Shown here: positions 56,434 through 64,000 of the stretch, piece by piece
Layout of the letters: the number at the start of each line of letters is the position of its first letter
How positions within the stretch are numbered: the first letter of the stretch is position 1
Source: Candidatus Saccharimonadota bacterium
GTDB taxonomy: Bacteria > Patescibacteriota > Saccharimonadia > CAILAD01 > BJGX01
Assembly (NCBI GenBank): GCA_046350735.1
Contig: JAXLZU010000001.1
Coordinates: 574,297-638,296 of the forward strand
Length of the DNA stretch: 64,000 bases
Direction: 5' to 3'
Translations under genes and position numbers: made by a program
Notes under the pieces: generated by a model
Told to the model about the DNA's origin: nothing
The model's input: the letters and a program-made list of their open reading frames with translations, nothing else
Database searches by the model: none

Positions 56434-56802
56434 TTATTTTAAGAATGGTTGGAGTTTTTCGACCACCTGAGAAGGTGTAAGATCGGTCTTTACAATATAG
56501 TCGCGTGCGCCAAGTTCTTTGGCCTGCTCGATAGTTTGAGGGTCCATTACGTTAGTTAGCACGATTACTGGCAAGTCTGGAGTAAGATTCTGCTTCTTGA
56601 GAGACTTTAGCACATCTATACCATTAACGTTGGGCATCATAAGATCGAGTAAAACCAAGTCTGGTTTGTGCTCACCAATTTTGTCGAGGGCCATTTGGCC
56701 ATCGACTGCTTCTACAACCGAAAAGTCTGCCTTAGCTAGTTTTAGCTGATACATATTTCGAATAAAATCGTTGTCTTCAACAAGTAGTACTACTTTGCTC
56801 AT
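56434..56802 (-). CDS. Stand-alone response-regulator receiver (CheY-like)
   Basis: LLVEDNDFIR...DLVLLDLMMP...K has the conserved Asp and Lys. Confidence 0.85.
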   Translation of the reverse strand: MSKVVLLVEDNDFIRNMYQLKLAKADFSVVEAVDGQMALDKIGEHKPDLVLLDLMMPNVNGIDVLKSLKKQNLTPDLPVIVLTNVMDPQTIEQAKELGARDYIVKTDLTPSQVVEKLQPFLK

Positions 56803-56833
56803 ATATACATCATACTTTCTTTTTGTACCTTAC

Positions 56834-56881
56834 GTCAATCATTAATTGCCCGCTTTAGCATGTCTAGCGGCAACTTTGGCG
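56834..56881. repeat. Direct repeat copy A (~48 bp, ~83% identical to 58091..58138)
   Basis: gtcaatcattaattgcccgctttagcatgtctagcggcaactttggcg aligns with the HK 3' end copy at 58091..58138 with 8 mismatches. Its minus-strand translation ends ...AKVAARHAKAGN*, mirroring the HK C-terminus. Confidence 0.75.
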
Positions 56882-56901
56882 AAACATACCTATATTAAAA
56901 C

Positions 56902-57414
56902 CTACAGTTTAGGCTCCAGAGTTATTCTACAACGATAACCACCATCATAATTTTTATCATGGATAATGCGGTTAGGAAATAGCCTGATTATTTCGTCCCA
57001 CTCAACACTAATAGAAGTGTATTTATCACTATATTTATCTTTATATTGGTTGTAGAGTACAGGTGTAATGATAATTATACGACCCTCTTTTGTCAGTAAA
57101 GACTTCACCTTATCGAGAAAGGCTTTTTTGTCTTCCATAAAAGCAATTACTAAGTTAGCAGTAATAAGATCATACTTTTGTTTACCAAAATCGTAACTCA
57201 TAAAATCACCAACTATATCTGGCTTGGCAGCTTCCGCTAAGTCTATACCTGTGGTTTTATAACCACGATCTCTCAATTGTCGCATTAACTCACCCTCTCC
57301 ACAGCCAACATCAAGAGCAAGTCCGCCTCTAAGTTCGAGTTTGTCTAACACAATCTCACTCACAGGGGCGTACTTACTACCCTCTATATAATATTTGTTC
57401 CAATCAATTTTCAT
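56902..57414 (-). CDS. Small class I SAM-dependent methyltransferase (TehB-like)
   Basis: ALDVGCGEGELMRQL is motif I. The start is ATG 57414 (MKIDWNKY) with an AAAGGA RBS. Confidence 0.65.
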   Translation of the reverse strand: MKIDWNKYYIEGSKYAPVSEIVLDKLELRGGLALDVGCGEGELMRQLRDRGYKTTGIDLAEAAKPDIVGDFMSYDFGKQKYDLITANLVIAFMEDKKAFLDKVKSLLTKEGRIIIITPVLYNQYKDKYSDKYTSISVEWDEIIRLFPNRIIHDKNYDGGYRCRITLEPKL

Positions 57415-57468
57415 AATAATTCCTTTTTTGTCAGGGGGTAACTCACTCGAGAAACCCCCCAACAAAAG

Positions 57469-58008
57469 TTAGCTGCACTTGCCGAAGCCTCCCCCGCAGC
57501 TCTTGCAGTTGCCACGACCATCATCGCAGTCTGCCCCAGCCATCTGGTACTGAAGCAGGTCACCGAAGTCGTAAGGAGGTTGAGTATTGGCAGCAACCTC
57601 ACTCTTACAACCATCATTACCCCCACCGCCACGTACATCACAGAAGAGGGCAGTACCCCACAGCTGCGGATCATAGACGATACCGTTGGCAGCCATGAAC
57701 TCGACCGTAGCTTCACTACTAACAGCAACGGCTTCAAGTTCGGGCGTGTCGGTAGGACAGTGATGAATAAACTCGCCACACACCGCATTGCAGTACGCGG
57801 CGTACTCACGAGTGTAGAGAATGAATGTATGCCAGCCGATATCAACCAGCGCACTGGGCGTTGATGGGCAGGCAGGATTAGTACCAACCATATTCAGGAA
57901 CACGAGCGTCTCTCGAAGAATGGCCTCTGCCGTCTCACGAGGAAGCTGATGCTCCTTGCACATTCGTGCAATTATGCGGTCACCTAGTTCTTTGCTGATG
58001 GGTTGCAT
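57469..58008 (-). CDS. Cys/Gly-rich protein in a GC-rich (~52%) insert, possibly DUF1399/GRDP-like
   Basis: DIGWHTFILYTREYAAYC resembles the WHTH motif of glycine-rich-domain proteins. The C-terminus is GGGGNDGC...CDDGRGNCKSCGGGFGKCS. Confidence 0.35.
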   Translation of the reverse strand: MQPISKELGDRIIARMCKEHQLPRETAEAILRETLVFLNMVGTNPACPSTPSALVDIGWHTFILYTREYAAYCNAVCGEFIHHCPTDTPELEAVAVSSEATVEFMAANGIVYDPQLWGTALFCDVRGGGGNDGCKSEVAANTQPPYDFGDLLQYQMAGADCDDGRGNCKSCGGGFGKCS

Positions 58009-58090
58009 GAATTCTACCTTTCCGGTAGCGTTTGTAGGTGCAATCCAGCGTGTGCTAGATTAATAATATCTTATCACTAAATAACTTTTT

Positions 58091-58138
58091 GTCAATATCT
58101 AATTCCCCGCTTTAGCATGGCTAGCAGCTACTTTGGCC
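58091..58138. repeat. Direct repeat copy B (HK 3' end, includes the HK stop codon)
   Basis: This is the partner of 56834..56881. Confidence 0.75.
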
Positions 58139-60303
58139 CCAATCTTCTTACTTTCTTCTAATACTGCTTTTGGAATCCCACTTAGAGGTAGCTTAAATCC
58201 AAAGGTAGACCCCTTACCTTCTTTGCTCTCAAACCATATCTCACCGCCTTGTTGCTCTACTACACGCTTTACCAAATAGAGCCCTAGGCCGGTACCGTCT
58301 GGACGCACGCCTTGAGCGTTGGGGGCACGGAACATCTTAGTAAAGAGTTTCTTTTGCACTGCTTCTGGCACACCAATACCGTCATCAGCCACCCAAAACT
58401 CCACAAAATCACCATTAAGAACCAAGCTAACCTTTACATGCCCGCCACCATTCGGTGGGGCGCTATAATGCAAGGCGTTGTCTACAAGGTTCATTACAAC
58501 TTGGCGGGTCTTATTTTCGTCGAGTAAGATAACTGGAATCTTTTGCTTGGGAGGCTCGTACGTTAGCTTAACATTCTTGCCTTCGGCAAAGCTTTTTAGC
58601 TGCTCGAGCTCTTCGGGTACAAGTTTGTTTAGGTCTACCTGATTACCTTCTAAAAAGAATCTATTAGCATCCATACGACTTACATTAAGTAAATCGTCTA
58701 TTAAGCGGGCCATACGATTAGAGCCATCGAGCGTTTGCTCGACAATCTTAGATTGCTCTTTGGTAAGTTTTCCAAAATCCCCTTCTTCTAACATACTGGC
58801 ATAGCCTTTAACGGTAGTAAGAGGTGTACGTAGCTGATGAGAAGCCATACTAATAAATTCATCTTTGGCTTTATCGAGCTCTTTTAGCTGATCGTTAGCA
58901 TGGCGCAGCTGAGCAGTACGTTGCCTTACCTTCTCGGCCAATGTTTCGCTAAAGAGTTGGATTTCTTTATAACTTAGTGCATTAGCCATAGCTACACTCA
59001 CTTCGTTGGCAATAATCTTAAGTACCGCCAGGTCTTGGTCGTTATAAATATCGCCACTCTTCTTTTCGCCAAGTAGCATATAGCCAATAAATTTCTCACT
59101 AGTACGCAGGGCTAGGCTAATAGTAATGCCGTATTTTTGCATTAGCTCTTTTCTTTCACCGCTTTGCAAATCGTCTACAACTAGCATTACTCGCCCCAAC
59201 TTACTTAGCTCGTTTGGACTTATTTTGCCATCACCATTTTTAAAGACATTGTTCTCATAAAATAATTGATTCTCACCAAAAACAACAATTTCTGCTTTCT
59301 CAATCTTTATTTGTTTACTTAGCTCACGCAAGACTCGCGAGCTAACTTTGTCTAGGTCTATTTCTGAAGCTAAGATTCGTCCAATCTCATTTACCAACGC
59401 TTGGCTATCATATCTATCACGGTAAAAAATCTTGTTAGAAATACGCTCGAAGAATCGCCGCAGCGGCGCAAAAGTAAAGGCAAAAATGACAGTTAGAATT
59501 ATATAAAATCCCTCTTGTAGTTGTGGATTTATCTTATTTAGAAAAATAGAAGAAACCCTAAAAGCAATTAATCCATACAAGAGTGCAATCACACCAATTG
59601 TGAGTGAGTATGTAACTGCCCTAACAGCAACAAGACGAATATCAAATAACCGATGTCTTATAATAGCAAAGGCAATAATTGCTATGAAAGCTAGAATAGA
59701 TAAAATAATTGCATACTGTGCTACTGCACTAGACGAATAGAAAAATAAGATGATGAGATTAATTACTGTAGCTTCACCAAAACCAAACATAATAAGATAG
59801 TTTGTTGCTCGCTCGTTTTTTGGTTTTTTTATAGTATTTATAATTAAAATAACGAGGCCATAAATTACATATACCCCTAGAAGCAAAAGAAGAAGAACAT
59901 ACGATATTGGCATATCATTAACTGAAATACCTAATGCAGAAACCGCTACGTCATTTACACCATAAGCTGTAAGGTTTATAACTGCCAGTATTAAACAGGG
60001 CAATAACAGTATTATTTCCCATATGTTGCCTGTCTTCTTGTTTGTAAATCCCCTAAAAAATAATAAAAGAAAATAGCCAATAAAAATTGATGTAGCAATA
60101 GAGAGTCGAATAAATATAACATTTAAGCTAGGATTAATATTTAGTTGAGCCAATGCCTGCCAACTTAACCAGATTGCAGTAGTGAATGTGGTTAGGAAAA
60201 AGGCAGTTACACCAGGTGATTTTCTTCTTAGATAAGTTAAGCCTCCTATAAAAAAGAGGGCAATAATCATCGGCACATATAGAAGCGTTTGAATGACATA
60301 CAT
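58099..60303 (-). CDS. Sensor histidine kinase with a multi-TM N-terminal sensor
   Basis: It has about 9 TM helices, then HisKA (ISMASHQLRTPLTTVKGY) and HATPase_c (N, G1, G2 boxes: DDGIGV, GTGLGLYL). Confidence 0.85.
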   Translation of the reverse strand: MYVIQTLLYVPMIIALFFIGGLTYLRRKSPGVTAFFLTTFTTAIWLSWQALAQLNINPSLNVIFIRLSIATSIFIGYFLLLFFRGFTNKKTGNIWEIILLLPCLILAVINLTAYGVNDVAVSALGISVNDMPISYVLLLLLLGVYVIYGLVILIINTIKKPKNERATNYLIMFGFGEATVINLIILFFYSSSAVAQYAIILSILAFIAIIAFAIIRHRLFDIRLVAVRAVTYSLTIGVIALLYGLIAFRVSSIFLNKINPQLQEGFYIILTVIFAFTFAPLRRFFERISNKIFYRDRYDSQALVNEIGRILASEIDLDKVSSRVLRELSKQIKIEKAEIVVFGENQLFYENNVFKNGDGKISPNELSKLGRVMLVVDDLQSGERKELMQKYGITISLALRTSEKFIGYMLLGEKKSGDIYNDQDLAVLKIIANEVSVAMANALSYKEIQLFSETLAEKVRQRTAQLRHANDQLKELDKAKDEFISMASHQLRTPLTTVKGYASMLEEGDFGKLTKEQSKIVEQTLDGSNRMARLIDDLLNVSRMDANRFFLEGNQVDLNKLVPEELEQLKSFAEGKNVKLTYEPPKQKIPVILLDENKTRQVVMNLVDNALHYSAPPNGGGHVKVSLVLNGDFVEFWVADDGIGVPEAVQKKLFTKMFRAPNAQGVRPDGTGLGLYLVKRVVEQQGGEIWFESKEGKGSTFGFKLPLSGIPKAVLEESKKIGAKVAASHAKAGN

Positions 60304-60340
60304 AAACTAAACCTTTATAATACATATTAACATCTTATTT

Positions 60341-61261
60341 ATGAAAGACCTAAATACATTTCCAGAATTTAAACAGTTATCTTTTAGCGATGCAGAATGG
60401 TACCAAAATTACTATAAAAATTTTCCCCCATATGCAGATCATTATTTTGGAAACCTATTTGCTTGGCTAAATTTTCATGACGATCTAAATATTTCAACTT
60501 TAAATAATAATATTCTTTTTCGGTATATGGATGTATTTGACCCATCCAACCACTCCTTTTCATACACAATCATTGGGGATAATGAGCCAGAATCTACGTT
60601 TGATACTTTTTATAGTCAGAATGACAATAAAAATGTTAAATTCCATATGGTACCAGAGATGTTGGTGAAAAATATAAATCAAACACTATATCAAGTTTCT
60701 GAGGACAGAGATAGTTGGGATTATATCTACAATATAGAAAATTTTATCCATCTAGATGGCCCCGAATACCGTAGGCTTAGATATCAAATCCGTACATTCG
60801 ACAAAGAAAACGGAAATAATTCATCACTAATTTCTTATAATGTCGAGGACGAAAAAGATAACCCTGTTCTTCTCTCTACATTTAAATCTTGGAAGAATGT
60901 TTATCAATTTGGTAATGACCCAGAAGAAATAGAGACGCATGCAATGCAAGAAAGAATACTTAATTATCAACATATACCTTTTAATTGTTTGCAGTATTTT
61001 TATAAGAACAAACTAAGTGGTTTTGTAATATACAGTTACCCGCCACAGAATGAATACGCTATTATTCATCATTTAAAATGTAGTTATGAATTAGAATATA
61101 TGTTTGACTACATCTTTTTCGAAGCACTCAAGCTGTTTCACAAGGATGGTAAAAAATACCTAAATCTAGAGCAAGATTTGGGCAAACCAGGACTGAGAAA
61201 ACATAAAGAACTCCTACGTCCAGAACGATACCTAAAAAAATACATAGTAAAAAAGAGCTAG
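60341..61261 (+). CDS. Hypothetical protein in an AT-rich segment, possibly DUF2156/LPG-synthase-C-like (GNAT fold)
   Basis: It is a 306-aa Asn/Tyr/Phe-rich protein. The family assignment is only an impression. Confidence 0.3.
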   Translation: MKDLNTFPEFKQLSFSDAEWYQNYYKNFPPYADHYFGNLFAWLNFHDDLNISTLNNNILFRYMDVFDPSNHSFSYTIIGDNEPESTFDTFYSQNDNKNVKFHMVPEMLVKNINQTLYQVSEDRDSWDYIYNIENFIHLDGPEYRRLRYQIRTFDKENGNNSSLISYNVEDEKDNPVLLSTFKSWKNVYQFGNDPEEIETHAMQERILNYQHIPFNCLQYFYKNKLSGFVIYSYPPQNEYAIIHHLKCSYELEYMFDYIFFEALKLFHKDGKKYLNLEQDLGKPGLRKHKELLRPERYLKKYIVKKS

Positions 61262-61274
61262 TACCGACTAGCTC

Positions 61275-62465
61275 TTAACCATTTGAAATGGAATAACATG
61301 CATATAGGGTCACATCTACCCGTTTTGGCTCGCTAACTGTAAGTTTTCCGGTCTCTTCAGCATACTGTTTAACAAGTGCTGGTATGTACTCTTTAGACCT
61401 ATTCGTACTCTCAAAACAAACTTTGTAATTTTTGCCCGTGCGAAAAGCAAATTCAGTAGCCAACTGGAGTGTTGGGCGAGAATAACCGCCAATGCCATCG
61501 GCTCTTGCAACAATCTCTGGGAAGAAAAGTAATGATTCATCATCGGCAATCTCCAAATTCTCAGCATTGAAAAATTTAGGATTCAACCAATCGCACTGAT
61601 CCATATCGGTAAGAAAACACATCCAACAAACTGGTTCTCCATCTACAAAATACACACTAAATGTGGTGTCAGGATTGTCTAGCTTGGCTTCAAAACCAGA
61701 ACGTGCTTCTTCCATAACTATTGGATGGTATTCACCAAGATCTTGAAATCTATCGAGATAGAGTTGCCACATCTTTTCTCGTAAGCCCCCCGGAATATCA
61801 CTTCCCTTTAGTAAGCTCGCCCCGTTTTCTGGCAAAAGCTCGTACTCACCCGATTCAACCGACTCCCGAAACTGACTATAGATAGTAGGGTCTGCACCCA
61901 CAGCTTTAGGCTGCTCTATTTGTCTAACCGAGGTAACGTAAAGCTCGAGGGCCGCTTGGAGATTATGCTCTTTGTCACCAACAGTATGATCAAATAATGG
62001 AATAGAACTAACTTCCTTGCCAAGTGTACTAATTAATGCTTCAAATTCAGTTTTAACCAAACTTTGCTTTGCATCATAGTCGAAAAACACACAAATATCA
62101 TGTGGTTTTTGAGCTTTTAGTAATTCGGCTATTACTGATTTTATATCTGTGCTAGCCATATCTGCAGGTAGTGCATAATAATAGACTTCTTCTGCATTTT
62201 TGCCATTTTGTGTAACAATTTGCTTAGTACGTTCTGCATCGTATCCTTCAGCATATTCAATTGGAACTAATACAGGAAATTTGATTCCATCGATAGTTAC
62301 AACAATTGTTCTCGGATCTCTTAATGCAGTTTCGGCTAGTTCTTTATCAAGCAACCCAAGTCGGCGAGCGCCTTCAGTATGTGCATCGCAAACAGAACGG
62401 TAGTATTCAAAATCGAAATCAGCAGGTGTCTTTTGCTCTTGTGAAGTTATAGGTTCGTTATCCAT
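61275..62465 (-). CDS. Hypothetical protein (396 aa), possible acyltransferase-like C-terminal half
   Basis: It is co-operonic with the decarboxylase (a 9-nt gap). ADGIGGYSRPTLQLATEFAF resembles an acyl-CoA-binding motif. Confidence 0.35.
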   Translation of the reverse strand: MDNEPITSQEQKTPADFDFEYYRSVCDAHTEGARRLGLLDKELAETALRDPRTIVVTIDGIKFPVLVPIEYAEGYDAERTKQIVTQNGKNAEEVYYYALPADMASTDIKSVIAELLKAQKPHDICVFFDYDAKQSLVKTEFEALISTLGKEVSSIPLFDHTVGDKEHNLQAALELYVTSVRQIEQPKAVGADPTIYSQFRESVESGEYELLPENGASLLKGSDIPGGLREKMWQLYLDRFQDLGEYHPIVMEEARSGFEAKLDNPDTTFSVYFVDGEPVCWMCFLTDMDQCDWLNPKFFNAENLEIADDESLLFFPEIVARADGIGGYSRPTLQLATEFAFRTGKNYKVCFESTNRSKEYIPALVKQYAEETGKLTVSEPKRVDVTLYACYSISNG

Positions 62466-62474
62466 GGTTGCCTC

Positions 62475-63626
62475 CTAGATAAACTCTTGCTGAGGTACTG
62501 GGAAGTCATTAAACGGCGCCCCATAGACAGTAGTATAAGATCCGGCGCTTAAAAAGTACACCTTGTCACCAATTTCTAAATTGCTCGGTAAAACAACATT
62601 AGACATTATTGTGTCATAACTATCACAACTTGGCCCTGTAATTGTATATTTTTTTGTCTTTACCCTAAGTCCGAAATCTTTAGACGAGAGTAATGGATAC
62701 CGTAAACCTTCTGACTCAAACATCTCAACAAATGCCTGAAACCTTCCTACATCCAGGTAAATCCAATCTCTATTTTGGCGTGCTACTTTACCAATAATTG
62801 TTGCGCCAATTATTCCGGACTCGCCAACAAGATATCTGCCAGGTTCACATTGTAATACCAAATCGTTCAATTTGTGTTTCTCGAGACTTTTATGAATTAT
62901 TTGGGTAATTTTTTCTATTGAAGGTAGCTTGTCTGCGTATTGTATCGGAAACCCACCACCAATATTAAGTTTTGTAATATAAATATTTTTCGCCTCAAGT
63001 TCATTGCGAATGCTTTTCATTAGCTTCATAGCATTATCCCAGGGTGAAAGTTTTTCAGACTGAGAACCAACATGAAACGTCAGACCGATTGGTTGTAAAC
63101 CAAGTTTTTGTGCCCTTACCATTAGAGAAACTGCATCTTTATGATGTGCACCAAATTTGGATGATAAATTTACTAGACTGCCCAGATTATCCACAAAAAC
63201 CCGCAAGCAAACTTCTGAGTTGGGTGCGTAGATAGAAAGTTTTTCTAACTCTTCTGCAGAGTCAAAGGCATATTGCTTTACTCCTTTGTTAAATGCAGCT
63301 TTTATGTGTTCAGCTGGTTTGACGGTATTACTATAAATGACCGTTTTGGGGTCTATACCAATCTTAATTAAACGTTCTAGCTCGCCATATGCTGCAATCT
63401 CAAATTTTGACCCGTTCTGATGTAAAATTCTGAGAATTGGTTCTGCAGGATTACATTTAACGGCATAGTGAATATCAAATTTAGGCATCAACTTCGAAAA
63501 GTCTTGATAGGTACTGGCTATTCTTTGTGTATCAATGACTAAATATGGTGTTTTGTATGGCAATTTCTCGAGAAATTTAAGGGTTTGTTTATTTTGTCCA
63601 GTAAGTTTGATTGTCTTTTTTGCCAT
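62475..63626 (-). CDS. PLP-dependent decarboxylase, Orn/DAP/Arg decarboxylase family (fold III)
   Basis: It has HYAVKCNP (the PLP Lys), GGGFPIQY, EPGRYLV and GPSCDSYD. Confidence 0.8.
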   Translation of the reverse strand: MAKKTIKLTGQNKQTLKFLEKLPYKTPYLVIDTQRIASTYQDFSKLMPKFDIHYAVKCNPAEPILRILHQNGSKFEIAAYGELERLIKIGIDPKTVIYSNTVKPAEHIKAAFNKGVKQYAFDSAEELEKLSIYAPNSEVCLRVFVDNLGSLVNLSSKFGAHHKDAVSLMVRAQKLGLQPIGLTFHVGSQSEKLSPWDNAMKLMKSIRNELEAKNIYITKLNIGGGFPIQYADKLPSIEKITQIIHKSLEKHKLNDLVLQCEPGRYLVGESGIIGATIIGKVARQNRDWIYLDVGRFQAFVEMFESEGLRYPLLSSKDFGLRVKTKKYTITGPSCDSYDTIMSNVVLPSNLEIGDKVYFLSAGSYTTVYGAPFNDFPVPQQEFI

Positions 63627-63723
63627 ATTGTATTCTTCTTAATTTATTCTATTATATCTGTACTTGCTAATATATTACAATAAAGAAAAAGGACTCAACA
63701 TGTTGAGTCCTAAAAATATCTAA

Positions 63724-64000
63724 TTAGCGGCTAAAAATCCAGCCAAAGAGGCCAGAGTACGTAGCACAGAAACCAACCGAGAAAATCAGCGAGCTAACGG
63801 CGGTCAGTCGCTTAAGATTGTCAATCTTAGTACTGTAATTGATCAACAGAATTGTGATAATCGCACCAAGAAAATAACTTGCAATCGCAAAGCCGACAAA
63901 ACCACCAGTCTCGGCAAGCCGCCAGAAGAAGCTCTTCTTACCATCCTTGAGGTTGTGCTCGCGCTGCGTCTCAACCCAATTGGCAGCCCGACTGGGCTTA
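63724..64000 (-). CDS. Partial membrane protein; the C-terminal ~91 codons and stop lie inside the window and the 5' end lies beyond the window edge
   Basis: Manual translation of the minus strand gives a stop-free frame ending ...AVSSLIFSVGFCATYSGLFGWIFSR*. It is hydrophobic. Confidence 0.35.
   Translation of the reverse strand, partial: KPSRAANWVETQREHNLKDGKKSFFWRLAETGGFVGFAIASYFLGAIITILLINYSTKIDNLKRLTAVSSLIFSVGFCATYSGLFGWIFSR

Noticed and set aside
57411-57887. A 158-aa minus-strand ORF overlapping the GC-rich Cys/Gly-rich gene
   Set aside because: It is an alternative frame inside a GC-rich gene. It has Arg/Leu/Ser-rich low-complexity composition and no RBS.
1-64000. tRNA, rRNA, tmRNA, RNase P RNA or CRISPR arrays
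   Set aside because: Scanning the intergenic regions found no T-loop or anticodon-arm cloverleaf candidates, no rRNA-like conserved blocks and no regularly spaced repeats. Without tRNAscan or cmsearch, small RNAs could have been missed.

Overview
The window reads as a contiguous stretch of a small, low-GC (roughly 40-45%) bacterial chromosome with tightly packed and overlapping genes. The gene content resembles CPR/Saccharibacteria-like or other reduced-genome epibionts; that assignment is inference. The housekeeping backbone is parAB, rplU, trxB, typA, a T-box-regulated ileS, nrdR, ftsA-ftsZ, map, adk, dgkA, ybeY, rpsU, recJ, secDF, priA and def-fmt. Several accessory islands interrupt it. 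(1) A heliorhodopsin gene lies two genes from an isopentenyl-diphosphate isomerase (idi). (2) A type II R-M pair (MutH/Sau3AI-like endonuclease plus DPPY methyltransferase) sits beside an AT-rich orphan ORF carrying an Rx5H (HEPN-like) motif, a small unknown ORF and an SGDEF-variant diguanylate cyclase. (3) Two sharply delimited high-GC (~65-70%) single-gene inserts (28.1-28.7 kb and 57.5-58.0 kb) look actinobacterial in composition. (4) A 1.25-kb two-gene cassette (SAM methyltransferase plus the GC-rich Cys/Gly-rich gene) is inserted between a sensor kinase and its response regulator. It is flanked by ~48-bp imperfect direct repeats that duplicate the kinase's 3' end, stop codon included. (5) A membrane-anchored thermonuclease is translationally coupled to an unknown cytoplasmic protein. 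(6) An Orn/DAP-decarboxylase-family gene is co-operonic with a large unknown protein. No rRNA, tRNA or CRISPR array was recognised by eye. All calls are from reading the six-frame translations and the DNA; no database search was possible.
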